In this document: piece after piece, positions 35,709 to 46,026 of the stretch
Numbering within the stretch: the first letter of the stretch is position 1
Layout of the letters: each line of letters starts with the position of its first letter
Origin: Gammaproteobacteria bacterium
GTDB lineage: Bacteria > Pseudomonadota > Gammaproteobacteria > Eutrophobiales > Eutrophobiaceae
Assembly: GCA_965116495.1 (NCBI GenBank)
Contig: OZ220696.1
Span: forward strand, 2,400,001-2,464,000
Length of the DNA: 64,000 nucleotides
Direction of reading: 5' to 3'
The notes under the pieces: model-generated
What the model was told of the DNA's origin: nothing
The model's input: the letters and a program-made list of their open reading frames with translations, nothing else
Database searches by the model: none
Translations under genes and position numbers: made by a program

Positions 35709-36524
35709 ATGTTGCAACGGGTGACTCCAATCGTCGATGCCATCGGGAAAGACATGTTCTGTGACCTGGTTTCTGAATTCTGCGAAGACTCGGTCAATGC
35801 CGCAGAGGTCGCCTTGTTTTACTTTCCCGTGAATGATGAACCACGCTGTTTGTCTACTGATGTCAAAGTCCACGATGCCGTAGTCGAATATGTAGAGGGG
35901 GCTTACCGGCGCGACGCTAACTTTAAACGCCTGTCATCACAGGTTGGCGCACAGAGTGATTTTGCGATCGGGTCACTGCATATGAAACAGATCAGCAACC
36001 CCGTATATTCCGAGCAATTTTACAAGAGGACCGGCGTGGAAAAGAAACTGAGCCTGGTTGCCCAATTGGACGGCGGACTGGTGTACGGGAATTTTTACCG
36101 CCGGCCCAACCAAGCGGATTTTAACAGGCAAGACATGCACAGACTTCAAACAGTCTGGAATTTCTGCCTGAGTTGCTTCAGGCAGCATGTACGTTTTGCC
36201 AGTATATCAGTCCCGGATTTCACGGACAGGCAAGCCCGGCTCGCGGTTGTGCGCAAGTTTCTTCATGTCGAAGGCCTGAGCCGGCGCGAGGCGGATGTGA
36301 CATCGCGCATAGTACTGGGTTATTCCACAACGGCAATCGCCCTGGATCTGGATATTGCTGAAAACACGGTTTCCACTTTGCGGCGGCGGGCCTACGAGAA
36401 GTTGGGAATCTGCAGCCAGAACGAGCTCTTTGAGATTTGTTTTCGCAGGATGAATGACGTGTTGCGCGGAATACCGGACGAACATTACGACAAATTCATG
36501 CAGGAAGGCGCGATATCCCTTTAA
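35709..36524 (+). CDS. LuxR-family transcriptional regulator
   Basis: C-terminal LSRREADV...GYSTTAIA..L.IAENTV.T...RAYEKLGI.SQ.EL; GGAGG RBS. Confidence 0.88.
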   Translation: MLQRVTPIVDAIGKDMFCDLVSEFCEDSVNAAEVALFYFPVNDEPRCLSTDVKVHDAVVEYVEGAYRRDANFKRLSSQVGAQSDFAIGSLHMKQISNPVYSEQFYKRTGVEKKLSLVAQLDGGLVYGNFYRRPNQADFNRQDMHRLQTVWNFCLSCFRQHVRFASISVPDFTDRQARLAVVRKFLHVEGLSRREADVTSRIVLGYSTTAIALDLDIAENTVSTLRRRAYEKLGICSQNELFEICFRRMNDVLRGIPDEHYDKFMQEGAISL

Positions 36525-37730
36525 TCAGTCTTCAAACAATTCCGGCGCGGCTGATTTCAGGCTTTCTATATACCATTTGTGAAAATGCCAGAGCGTTGCC
36601 TCGGTATGCGAGGTTCTCCCCTGCGCGGCAAACGCTGAGCGCTTTCCTCTGTACATCTCCGTAATGCCCCAGAAGTCTTCATCTATCACCAGTTTGGCGT
36701 TCTGCTTGTAGGCTTCAAATTTCTCCATAAAATCCGGAGCTTCTGCCGCTTCCTTACTGATGCCGATGCCGTAGCGTCCCGTTGTCCTGTTGTGGGTCTG
36801 CGGGTTCATCTGTGTAATGAACAAGAGATCCGGATTGAAATACCAGCTGAAATTGGGAAAGACGATGCCTCCAACCGCGACATTCATATCGGATTCATCA
36901 AGATTGCCCGGCAGGGCAAAACCGCCGGTCAGGGCATAATCGTCGGGGTTCAACAGGTCCGCATCCCCTCCTGAGGGAAGGCGAAACATGCAATAAGCAG
37001 GCATATCGGTATTTTCTATTATGGTCTTGCTTGCCGGAACGGAATCGCCCAGGGATTTTTCATGGATTGAATCCGTGTGGTAGTTCTCTGCGAATATATC
37101 GACGACGCACTTCCAGTTTGCTTCCAGGTCAATTTCGCCCATCTGGAAATAGACCATATCATCCGTTTCATGACGCAGGAATTTCGGCTCCAGGTCTACG
37201 ATCCGGGGAGCAAGTTCGGGAACGGTCCCGCGCGCCATGTTCACGAAAATAAACCCGCGCCAGATTTCATGGTGAAATTCATGAAGCCGCCAGTCCCCGG
37301 TTGAAAAATCTTCTGCGTTCTCCATGAGCGGCGCGCCCCGGAGTGAACCATCGAGGTTATATACCCAGTTATGGTAGCGGCACCTGAGCAGGTTACAGTT
37401 GCCCCGATCATGGGCAACAGGGAAATTCCGGTGGACGCAAACATTGGACAACGCATGCAGTTCGTTATCCCTGTCGCGGATGATCAGTATCGGCTCCTCA
37501 CAAAAATCAACGGTGAAGTAATCGCCGGGATTGCTGACCTCGCTTATATGACCGACAGGAAACCACGACGATTTGAGCAATCGCTCCTTTTCCAACTCGA
37601 ATATCGCCGGATCGCTGTAGAAGCGGGGAGGTATGGTCGCTGCCGAGTTGTATTCCAGCAGGCAGTCCTGTATTTCCCCAGGTTGAAACCGGTCCGGTAT
37701 CTGACTGGTGTTGCCGGGATTTGTCGACAT
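36525..37730 (-). CDS. Rieske non-heme iron oxygenase alpha subunit (choline monooxygenase / CntA-like)
   Basis: NVCVHR...CRYHNWVY, ANWK....FAENYH...IH and DED motifs. Confidence 0.88.
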   Translation of the reverse strand: MSTNPGNTSQIPDRFQPGEIQDCLLEYNSAATIPPRFYSDPAIFELEKERLLKSSWFPVGHISEVSNPGDYFTVDFCEEPILIIRDRDNELHALSNVCVHRNFPVAHDRGNCNLLRCRYHNWVYNLDGSLRGAPLMENAEDFSTGDWRLHEFHHEIWRGFIFVNMARGTVPELAPRIVDLEPKFLRHETDDMVYFQMGEIDLEANWKCVVDIFAENYHTDSIHEKSLGDSVPASKTIIENTDMPAYCMFRLPSGGDADLLNPDDYALTGGFALPGNLDESDMNVAVGGIVFPNFSWYFNPDLLFITQMNPQTHNRTTGRYGIGISKEAAEAPDFMEKFEAYKQNAKLVIDEDFWGITEMYRGKRSAFAAQGRTSHTEATLWHFHKWYIESLKSAAPELFED

Positions 37731-37828
37731 GGGATTTTCCTCAATAATTGACTTTATTGCCCTTGGCTGGACGCTATCCTGCAGGAACAGCAAGGTGTGT
37801 ATATGTAAAGTGTGACATAGGATATTGT

Positions 37829-38824
37829 TTATCCCCCATCGCCATCGCTACCTACCTGATAGCGATCAGGCAACACATTTACGGGAGCGCGCATTCCTTT
37901 GGCTGCGGCAGAGATGCGCATTCGCCTGGCCTCTTCAAACTGGTCAGGACTCATCCACGAACGGTCATGGCCCCATAGACTTGCTCCGTCCGTCAACTCT
38001 ACCGGCCGCCAGTTCGAAGGGTCAATCTCCAGGCCGCCCCAGCCACATTCCACCATGAAAGGTGATGGGGAATTTACATAAAACGAGGTCATCAGATCAT
38101 TGGTATGCCGGCCAAGTGTCACGCCGATTTTATGATCATTTGCAACCATGACATCGTACCCTTGCCCAATATCATCGAACATCGTGTACTCCACCATTAT
38201 ATGATGGACACCGTTTTGTTCACGTTCTATCAATGCAAGATTATGGTGCCGCTTATTGATATGAAAGAAGTAGGCATGAAACGGTTTAAACATATAATCA
38301 CTGATTCGAAATCCCAACAAGTCGTGGTAGAAAGCTTTCATCCCATCGATATCCGGGGTTATAAGCACGACGTGACCGAGGCCGAAGGAACCGGTACGAA
38401 ACCCGGAATGAACGCGGCCCGGCACGAATGGTGTATCAAGCAAATCCGGTTCACAAAATACTTCCAGGCGGTTTCCTGCAGGGTCGGGGAAGCTGATGAG
38501 GTCTTTCACCATTCGTTCAGCCGCGCGCGCACTCTGCCCATGCTGCACATCTATCCCGGCCTGTTCCAGCCTGGATGCAATTCGGTCCAGCGCCTGTGCC
38601 GAATGTGCCTGCCAGCCGATGGTATAGCGCGCCGGTTGCGGCGAGTTCGTTATCACTAACCGTTGTGTGCGGTCGTCCATTCGGAAAGCAATGGTATCCG
38701 TGCTTTTATCAACTACCTGCATACCCAGCCCCGGACCCGCGAAACGTCTCCATTCGTCCAGCTCGCCTGATTCAACGACGAGGTAACCCAGTGAGGTGAT
38801 GTCAAATTGATAATTGTCGGCCAT
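37829..38824 (-). CDS. Type I extradiol ring-cleavage dioxygenase (BphC/HsaC-like, VOC fold)
   Basis: ITSLGYL, FRMDD, DPAGNRLE, GLGHVVL, RHHNLA, HHIMVE and GRHTND..TSFY..SPS....E.GW motifs. Confidence 0.92.
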   Translation of the reverse strand: MADNYQFDITSLGYLVVESGELDEWRRFAGPGLGMQVVDKSTDTIAFRMDDRTQRLVITNSPQPARYTIGWQAHSAQALDRIASRLEQAGIDVQHGQSARAAERMVKDLISFPDPAGNRLEVFCEPDLLDTPFVPGRVHSGFRTGSFGLGHVVLITPDIDGMKAFYHDLLGFRISDYMFKPFHAYFFHINKRHHNLALIEREQNGVHHIMVEYTMFDDIGQGYDVMVANDHKIGVTLGRHTNDLMTSFYVNSPSPFMVECGWGGLEIDPSNWRPVELTDGASLWGHDRSWMSPDQFEEARRMRISAAAKGMRAPVNVLPDRYQVGSDGDGG

Positions 38825-38876
38825 TTATCTCTTCGTTCCCAGTTTCGACGGTCTGTTCGATTGCATGCGTTTCAGA

Positions 38877-39407
38877 TCACCTGGGTATCCCCAGGTATTC
38901 AATGATGAGTCTTCGCTGTTCTGCATTTCTCATCCCGCCAAGCGCCATACGGTTGCCCGGGATCAGTTCGGCCGGCTTTTCAAGAAAGCTGTCCAGACCC
39001 TCCGGAGTCCATTGTTTGCCGTAAGCCCGCATCGCTTCGGAATAAGCAAAACCTGCAACGGAACCGGCTGATCTGCCGAAAATTCCTGCGAGGTGGGGAC
39101 CTATGGCAGACGGCCGGTCAGGGTCAATTGAGTGACAGGCGCCGCAACGAAGCCTGAAAAGTATCTCACCTTCACTGCTGATAGCGACGTCGGTTGTCTG
39201 TGTATCAATTGTATGCCTGTCCCCCTCGTTGCGCATGGAACCGGGCGTATCGCCGCCGTTGCATCCTGACAGGTAACAGGCCCCCAGAACCAGCACGCTG
39301 TACAGCCCGGATTTCCTCTTTACCAGTTTTCCGGTAATAGAAGAAACCTGTATCAATATTTGCTTATGCCTGTTCAAGAGTTTGCCGGTGTGCCTGGTCA
39401 GGAACAT
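38877..39407 (-). CDS. Class I cytochrome c (c2-like), possible lipoprotein
   Basis: CGACH heme motif, GPHL.GI.GR.AGS..GFAYS.AM, PGNRM; LSGC lipobox-like segment. Start uncertain. Confidence 0.85.
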   Translation of the reverse strand: MFLTRHTGKLLNRHKQILIQVSSITGKLVKRKSGLYSVLVLGACYLSGCNGGDTPGSMRNEGDRHTIDTQTTDVAISSEGEILFRLRCGACHSIDPDRPSAIGPHLAGIFGRSAGSVAGFAYSEAMRAYGKQWTPEGLDSFLEKPAELIPGNRMALGGMRNAEQRRLIIEYLGIPR

Positions 39408-40554
39408 TCTCTTTCTGAGACCGGTTCACGATAAGGAATAGATACCATGCAGACGTATTGGCTATCAATACAATCCAGCCCATCGAAGCGGCGCCAAAGT
39501 TCTCGATAACATATCCGCCAAGATACGGCCCGACCGCGCCAGTTAACAGGAAAGCGCCGGCGGTGACTGCCGCATCGCGCCCGGATGGGTCCTGGTCGGC
39601 CGCATAACCAAGGAAATAGGGAACAAGAAAGTACATGCCCACTACGTTCAGGGCAGCTCCCAGGCGAAATGCAAGCGGGTGATGCCAATGGGACATGGTA
39701 TTGATCGCGACAATCAGGACTATGATGCCTGCTGTAACAGGAAGTAAGCGCCCAAACCTGGCGCCGACCAGCGTTGCCAGCAACGCGCCGAATACTGAAA
39801 CCAGTGCCGCCGTTCCCACCGCGTTGTGAACCTGTACCTCACTCAGGCCTGCCATGTCACCCAACAGGTAATAGAAAGACCACATTGCGCCTGCTCCAAG
39901 AGAAACAACAAATACTGCAGTTACCAGGAGCAGGAGTTTCGGGGAGAAGATCCCGTGAGCGGGGGAGGTAGTGCCGGATGAGCGCAGTTGACCGCGGATC
40001 GGACTCCGCGGCAGCATGGGTATAAGTAACGACAATACGGCTATGCCTGCAAAAATCGTCGGAAAAACATTGTGTTCCAGGTTGAAATATCCGGCCGTTA
40101 CGGGAAGAGAGAAAACGGCCGCGGAACAAAACAGGATGGCAGCGATGTTAATGATGCCGTAGGCCCTGTCGGGATCCCTGAAGTTCGCCAGTGAAGCGCT
40201 GGCGGCAGCAAGCATGGCCCCCTCGCCGAAACCGGTAACCAGGCGCGAAATCAAAAGTAAATCATAATCCTGAATCGTAATAGACCATGCCGCGCCGGAA
40301 AGTGAAACGACAACACCGATCGATGCAATCCGGCGCAACGACAACCTGCCGAGCAGTTTGCCGAACAAGGCGGCGCTCAAAGCGATCACAGTCATCTCAG
40401 CCGATGCAACCAGCCCTGCTGCAGCTTCTCCCACGTCATACCGAACGATTACCTCATGTATGAGGGAAGGCTGCAGCCACCAGGCAATATTGGCAATACA
40501 ATAGGCCGCTGCGCTGGCTGCAAGAATCCTGCCCTGAAGTGTGTATGACGCCAT
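39364..40554 (-). CDS. MFS transporter
   Basis: About 12 hydrophobic segments; RLVTGFGEG motif. Confidence 0.85.
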   Translation of the reverse strand: MASYTLQGRILAASAAAYCIANIAWWLQPSLIHEVIVRYDVGEAAAGLVASAEMTVIALSAALFGKLLGRLSLRRIASIGVVVSLSGAAWSITIQDYDLLLISRLVTGFGEGAMLAAASASLANFRDPDRAYGIINIAAILFCSAAVFSLPVTAGYFNLEHNVFPTIFAGIAVLSLLIPMLPRSPIRGQLRSSGTTSPAHGIFSPKLLLLVTAVFVVSLGAGAMWSFYYLLGDMAGLSEVQVHNAVGTAALVSVFGALLATLVGARFGRLLPVTAGIIVLIVAINTMSHWHHPLAFRLGAALNVVGMYFLVPYFLGYAADQDPSGRDAAVTAGAFLLTGAVGPYLGGYVIENFGAASMGWIVLIANTSAWYLFLIVNRSQKENVPDQAHRQTLEQA

Positions 40555-40637
40555 AAACGAATTTTTAACCCAGGGTGGCAGTAAACCAGCATCATAGCCT
40601 ATCTCACTGTCACATTCCTGTCTGTCACACTCGTATG

Positions 40638-40809
40638 CAGGGCAATCTTAAAGTCATTACCCGCTTTCAAATCTCCCACCCGTCATTCCTGCACAAGCAG
40701 GAATCCCGTCAAACAATCATTCATTGTTTATAAAAAATTACGTTTTCATTGGATTCCGGATCAAGCCCGGAATGACAGCGGGGCGTATACCGACTTTGAG
40801 ATAGCCCTG
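40638..40809. mobile_element. MITE-like element (172 bp) with internal palindromes
   Basis: TIR CAGGGCAATCTTAAAGTC / GACTTTGAGATAGCCCTG (16/18 match); flanking 10-bp near-duplication CACTCG(T/C)ATG; internal GTCATTCC...GGAATCC and GGATTCC...GGAATGAC palindromes. Confidence 0.7.
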
Positions 40810-40946
40810 CACTCGCATGTTACACGGCGATTCGATTTGCCGGGAAGCTTAAAACCGTATGCTATGATGCTGAAGAAGAATTCGCGAACCAGGCCCCCCC
40901 GGTATCCGATCGAGAGTCGGGATTGGGAAATTCAGGAGGGTGAATC

Positions 40947-42413
40947 ATGGCCAAACCAGAAAGAGTGCCGGGAACACAGGGTAGTCAGGAAGGGATAAGC
41001 CGTAGAGGTGTGCTAGGCGGTATGGCGGTCATCGGCAGCGCGGTTGCCGCGGGGTCCGCGATGCAGGGTTGTACGACCGGTAAGGATGCTGGAACACCGG
41101 ATGTCATTGTCATTGGGGGAGGATTCGCAGGCTGCGTCTGCGCGCGCGACCTGGCTCACAGGGGTCACAATGTCACATTGCTCGAAGCGAAGGGGCGGCT
41201 TGGCGGCCGGGCTTTCACCTCGGAATTTGCAGGGAAGCTTTACGAGGTCGGCGCACTGATGTTGTCCTGGAAGGAACCCTTCATATGGGCAGAGGTCACC
41301 CGTTACGGACTCGAAATAGAGCCTATTTCCGGCGCCCTGGCGCCGGAGTTGTGTTACTGGATTACCGACGGCAAGAGCATGAGCGGCGCCCCTGAAGAAT
41401 TCTATGAAATTTGGGTGCCGCCGATTTTTAAATTTTTTGAGGATGCGGGAACTGTATTTCCCTATCCCTATGCGCCTTTGACAAACAGGGAAACTGTGGA
41501 GGAACTGGACAAGTTGTCTGTCATGGACCGGGTGATGACACTACCTACCCAGCAGGAGCGTGATTTCGCTGACAACTGGGCCTCAGCGCCGTTGGGACGT
41601 GCCGGGGCCGATGTCGGGCTCGCCTCATCGCTTGCACTCACGAGTGCCTTTGGCGGCGTTCAGTCGTCGTTGGAAGGAGCGAGTTATCGTTTGAAGAAAG
41701 GGTCAAGCCACCTGGTGGAGAAGATCGTTGAAGATGGCGGTTTTGAGTACCGCTTGCAGGCCCCCGTGTCCTCCATAGAACAATCCGGCACGGGAGTAAC
41801 GGTAGCGATTGAAGGCGGCGAAACGCTACAGGCATCAGTTGCCGTGTTGGCAGCACCCGTCAACACTTATGAAAATATCGAATTTACCCCGCCCCTGAGC
41901 CCGGACAAAATGACAGTCTCGAAGGGAAACATGGCCGGCGGACAAGGCATACATATCAACGCGCGGTTGAAAGGTAGGATGCCGCCGATACTGGCTGTCG
42001 CACCCAGTCACATGCCGCTGCACCTGCTGTTGACAACTGACATCCTGGAAGACAGTGTGATAGTCGACGGCTACGGGCCGGATGCGAAACTTTTTGACGG
42101 TGGAGACCCCCAGGCCGTTCAGGAGGTGATTCGCCAGTGGATTCCTGACGCCGAGGTTATGGAGACAGTTTCCTACAGGTGGGATCTCGATCATTATTCA
42201 CAGGGTACGTGGTGCGGCTTCGGCCCCGGTGTGCTCAGCAAGTACTTCGAAGCCCTGCGTGAACCGGAAGGCAATGTATATTTTGCGAGCGGTGACAGCG
42301 CAAGTGCTTTCAGGGGCTTTATGGAAGGTGCGGTCGAGTCGGGTGTGCGGGTTGCCCGGGATGTCCACAACGTTCTAAAAACCCGAAAAGAGAGCGAAGG
42401 CGCTTCTGTTTAA
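40947..42413 (+). CDS. Tat-exported flavin amine oxidoreductase (MAO/NicA2 family)
   Basis: Twin-Arg SRRGVLG, lipobox-like MQGC, VIGGGFAG, LEAKGRLGGR, W..D.YS.G.W and GFMEGAVESG motifs. Confidence 0.88.
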   Translation: MAKPERVPGTQGSQEGISRRGVLGGMAVIGSAVAAGSAMQGCTTGKDAGTPDVIVIGGGFAGCVCARDLAHRGHNVTLLEAKGRLGGRAFTSEFAGKLYEVGALMLSWKEPFIWAEVTRYGLEIEPISGALAPELCYWITDGKSMSGAPEEFYEIWVPPIFKFFEDAGTVFPYPYAPLTNRETVEELDKLSVMDRVMTLPTQQERDFADNWASAPLGRAGADVGLASSLALTSAFGGVQSSLEGASYRLKKGSSHLVEKIVEDGGFEYRLQAPVSSIEQSGTGVTVAIEGGETLQASVAVLAAPVNTYENIEFTPPLSPDKMTVSKGNMAGGQGIHINARLKGRMPPILAVAPSHMPLHLLLTTDILEDSVIVDGYGPDAKLFDGGDPQAVQEVIRQWIPDAEVMETVSYRWDLDHYSQGTWCGFGPGVLSKYFEALREPEGNVYFASGDSASAFRGFMEGAVESGVRVARDVHNVLKTRKESEGASV

Positions 42414-42490
42414 GCCACCTGGTTGCTCGCAATATACACGCCTGGCAGGTTTTTTTGACGTCAAGTCCATAGCACGGAATAAGTGACCCC

Positions 42491-42934
42491 ATGACATCTG
42501 TAGCCGGATGGTGGACGTTATTGTCCTGGAAGCAAAAATACGACGATGGCCGGGAGATGGCGCCATTCGGCGAAGACGTTGTCGGTCGCCTTTGCTACAG
42601 TGAAACGGGTAATTTTACCGTGATCATTTCGCGCAGCGACCGCCGGCCCTTCAAGACAGGCGGGCAATGGACTGCCGATAATAGCGAAAAGGCAAAGTCA
42701 TATGAAGGTATGCTGGCCTATTTCGGACGCTATGAATTCGACGGCAACAAGATGCTTCATCATGTCGAAGCCAGCCTTTACCCCAATTGGGCCGGACATA
42801 CCCAGATTCGTCTTGCCGCTATTGATAATGACATCCTGACCCTGAGTGCGCGTTTGGAAGAGGGAACAAGTGAGGCGAGAACAGCTGAACTGATCTGGAG
42901 GTGCTTAGGGGAGGATAGCGAAACTGGAGATTGA
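42491..42934 (+). CDS. Lipocalin-like domain protein (Lipocalin_5 type)
   Basis: G.W.L.SW, PFG....G.L.Y, AYFGRY, HHVE.SLYPNW.G..Q.R and L.W.R pattern. Confidence 0.8.
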   Translation: MTSVAGWWTLLSWKQKYDDGREMAPFGEDVVGRLCYSETGNFTVIISRSDRRPFKTGGQWTADNSEKAKSYEGMLAYFGRYEFDGNKMLHHVEASLYPNWAGHTQIRLAAIDNDILTLSARLEEGTSEARTAELIWRCLGEDSETGD

Positions 42935-43061
42935 CGCCGAAACGGCGCGACTCCTTTACCCAGGTAACCTTTTGGCCCGGAGTTGAACATGGCAGAAAAA
43001 TTCATATCCGGGGAGCCGCCGGCCTGATCCAAAAGTCCCATAACTGAGAATTCAGAACATA

Positions 43062-44573
43062 TCAGTAGAGTTTGAACTTGTAATCCGGGTCGTCGATGAT
43101 TGCAAGTTCCCGTTTTGCCAGCTTGACCGCCAGTTCGTCCTGCAGGTCGGTTGCGTGCTCCAGCATTAGGTTGAGCTGCTGCCTGAGTTGTTCCCGGTAG
43201 TCGGCCTGGTAGTAAAGGTTCCCAGTTTCGCCGGGATCATTGACCATATCGAACAGGGCATTACTGCGCGCCCTGGGGTCCGCGGTAAAATCGCGCAATA
43301 TCAGTTTCCATGCTTCAGAGCGCATTGCGCGTTCGTCGTACCAAGAGTTGTCGATGGCGGCCTCCGGGACGTTCTGCATGAATACCGGAGCCGGCCAGTC
43401 GTCCGTACCCGATGTGACCTCGGCAATCAGGTCCCTGCCGTGAAACGGCGAGCCTTCGCGGCCGGTAATGATCTCCATGATACGGCTTTTCGTGTTAATG
43501 CCGGCGGCGCCAAGTATGGTCGGCGCGAGGTCGACCAGGTTGACGCCGGACTGCCAGGCTACGCCCTGCGGCAGTCCCGCGGGCCAGTGCATGATCATGG
43601 GTATCTTCGCGGCCTCATCGTAGGCGATGCCCATGCCCCGGTACGACCCCGGGCGTTCCTGAAACGAACCACCATGGTCGGTGGAGAGGATGATCAAGGT
43701 GTCATCCAGTAACCCCCGTTCTTCCAGGGTCTGCACAATACGCCCCACGTTGTGATCCAGGCTGGTTACGGATGCATAATAATTTTTGTGGTCTATCTCC
43801 CTGTCCCGGTACATTTCGGCAAATTTGCGCGGCGGCTGGAAAGGCGCGTGCGGGGTGTAGTAGGACTGGTAGAGGAAAAACGGCCGATCCACATTTTCCT
43901 GGATAAAACGAATGCCTTCAGCGGTCTGAATATCCTCGCGGTAAGCGGATTGGTCCGGTTCGCCGACCCAGTGCGGCATGAGTGAATTATACGACTTGAA
44001 CAGGTCGAAAAATCCGGGGTTGCCGGCGCCCAAGTGCCACTTGCCGATATGGGCGGTGGCATATCCCGAATTGGTGATGTATTTCACGAAGTTTATCGCC
44101 AGGTTGAAGCGCCCGTCGGCAAAGGGATCGGCAATCGGATCGTGGTACATGGTGGGCAGGTTCCCGGTAATGCCGGGTTCGTACATGGTCTTGCGCACCC
44201 CGTGGGCATGGGGATAGAGGCCGGTCATGATCGAAGCCCGCGCCGGACTGCACAGGGTGGCCGGCGTATAGGCATTGTCAAACCGGATGCCACGTTCGGC
44301 CAGCCTGTCTATATTGGGTGTTGCTACGTCCTTGTCCGAGTAAACGCCCAGCGCATCGCGCCGGGCCCAGTCAAACAGGATAAGCACAATATTGGGCGGG
44401 CGTTGCTGTCCGTTGTTATAGACAGGGTGAAGGGGAGAGTCCTGTGACCGGACTGCCAGGACCCCCACCAGAAAAAATGTGACAAGCGCGGCCAGGCACA
44501 GCCGGGCAGCCCCACGCATGGTATTGTTGTATAACACTTCTCTTGTATATTCCTGTCTGGAAATCGTTGCCAT
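43062..44573 (-). CDS. Cys-type sulfatase
   Basis: PNIVLIL.D, TPNIDRLA, LCSPARAS..TG, GKWHLG and TDHG motifs; signal peptide. Confidence 0.92.
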   Translation of the reverse strand: MATISRQEYTREVLYNNTMRGAARLCLAALVTFFLVGVLAVRSQDSPLHPVYNNGQQRPPNIVLILFDWARRDALGVYSDKDVATPNIDRLAERGIRFDNAYTPATLCSPARASIMTGLYPHAHGVRKTMYEPGITGNLPTMYHDPIADPFADGRFNLAINFVKYITNSGYATAHIGKWHLGAGNPGFFDLFKSYNSLMPHWVGEPDQSAYREDIQTAEGIRFIQENVDRPFFLYQSYYTPHAPFQPPRKFAEMYRDREIDHKNYYASVTSLDHNVGRIVQTLEERGLLDDTLIILSTDHGGSFQERPGSYRGMGIAYDEAAKIPMIMHWPAGLPQGVAWQSGVNLVDLAPTILGAAGINTKSRIMEIITGREGSPFHGRDLIAEVTSGTDDWPAPVFMQNVPEAAIDNSWYDERAMRSEAWKLILRDFTADPRARSNALFDMVNDPGETGNLYYQADYREQLRQQLNLMLEHATDLQDELAVKLAKRELAIIDDPDYKFKLY

Positions 44574-44646
44574 ACCTGTTCAGTAATATACTGTACTATG
44601 AGGAAGACCAGGCAAAGTACAATATCATCATACAGCCTGAAACATA

Positions 44647-46026
44647 TTGATTCCGGGTTTGCAGTTTGTTGAACTAATGAAAACCGCTCTCATTATGCTG
44701 ATTTTCAGCATCGTAATACAAGCTCTTTGCAGCCCCCTGGCTGCTGCTGCAACGTCGCCTAACATCATTTTGATCCTGGCCGATGATCTCGGCTATGGCG
44801 ATGTCGGCGCCTACGGTGCAACGCTGATCGAGACGCCCCACCTCGACAGGCTGGCAGCTGAAGGGGTACGTTTTACAAATTTTTATGCAAGCGCCAACGT
44901 CTGCAGCCCGTCCCGGGCCGGAATCATGACCGGCCGCTACGCAATTCGGGAGGGATTAGCCAACAAAACGATCACCGCCACAGACCGGCGTGGATTGCCT
45001 GACGGAGTGACGACGCTTGCATCGATGTTGAAACACAACGGTTATCGAACGGCATTGATCGGCAAGTGGCATCTCGGCCATCACTCACCGGGGCAACGCC
45101 CGAACGCACATGGTTTTGATTTGTTCTACGGGTTATTGCAGCCCAACGATGCCGCCGAGCTGATCATCTACCGCGATACCCGTCCTGCGGAGGAAACCGT
45201 TGACCAAAGTGCGCTGACCCGGCGCTTTACCGAAGAAGCCGTTGGCTTTATTGAGCGTAATTCAGGCGCGCCATTCTTTCTCTATATGTCTCACAGCGCG
45301 CCGCACATCCCCCTGGTGCCGTCCCCTGCCTTTGCAAATTCTTCCCGGGCGGGCGCCTACGGCGATGTGGTACAGGAGCTTGATTGGAGTGTTGGCGAGT
45401 TGCTCAGTGCCGTCCGCAGCAATGGCCTTGCCGACAACACGGTGATATTATTTACCAGCGATAACGGTCCGTTTCCCGAAGGCAGTACCGGCGGACTGCG
45501 CGGCGGAAAGGGCACCGGCTGGGACGGCGGCTACCGGGTGCCGTTCATCGCGCGCTGGCCGGGGCACATCGTGCCGGGAAGCACGGCAACCGCCATGGCC
45601 ATGAATATCGATTTTCTGCCGACTTTTGCGGCAATTGCCGGGCTATCGTTAGCGCCGTCGCTACAACTCGACGGCCGGAATATTCTGCCGTTACTGACCG
45701 GCGGCCCGGATCAGTCGCCGCATGAAGTATTGTATTTCTTCAATAATGAACGCATCGCCGCGCTGCGCACCCGGCGCTGGCGCTTGGTGCTGAGTGACTA
45801 TCCACCCTGGCGCGATGCGAAACCTGTTTTATTCGAAGCAACGAAGAACCGGTCGATACTGATGTTCGACATGCACAACGATCCCGGTGAGGAGTATGAC
45901 ATGTCCCGCGAACATGCGGGCGCCAGACAGCAACTCCTCATACACCTGGCGCGTGGGCGCGAGACACTCGAAAAGTTGTCGACCATCGGCGACGGCGAAA
46001 TGTATGAAGGCGTCGACAAAAACTGA
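44647..46026 (+). CDS. Cys-type arylsulfatase
   Basis: PNIILILADDLGYGD, VCSPSRAG..TGRY, GKWHLG and SDNG motifs; start may be the ATG at 44677. Confidence 0.93.
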   Translation: MIPGLQFVELMKTALIMLIFSIVIQALCSPLAAAATSPNIILILADDLGYGDVGAYGATLIETPHLDRLAAEGVRFTNFYASANVCSPSRAGIMTGRYAIREGLANKTITATDRRGLPDGVTTLASMLKHNGYRTALIGKWHLGHHSPGQRPNAHGFDLFYGLLQPNDAAELIIYRDTRPAEETVDQSALTRRFTEEAVGFIERNSGAPFFLYMSHSAPHIPLVPSPAFANSSRAGAYGDVVQELDWSVGELLSAVRSNGLADNTVILFTSDNGPFPEGSTGGLRGGKGTGWDGGYRVPFIARWPGHIVPGSTATAMAMNIDFLPTFAAIAGLSLAPSLQLDGRNILPLLTGGPDQSPHEVLYFFNNERIAALRTRRWRLVLSDYPPWRDAKPVLFEATKNRSILMFDMHNDPGEEYDMSREHAGARQQLLIHLARGRETLEKLSTIGDGEMYEGVDKN

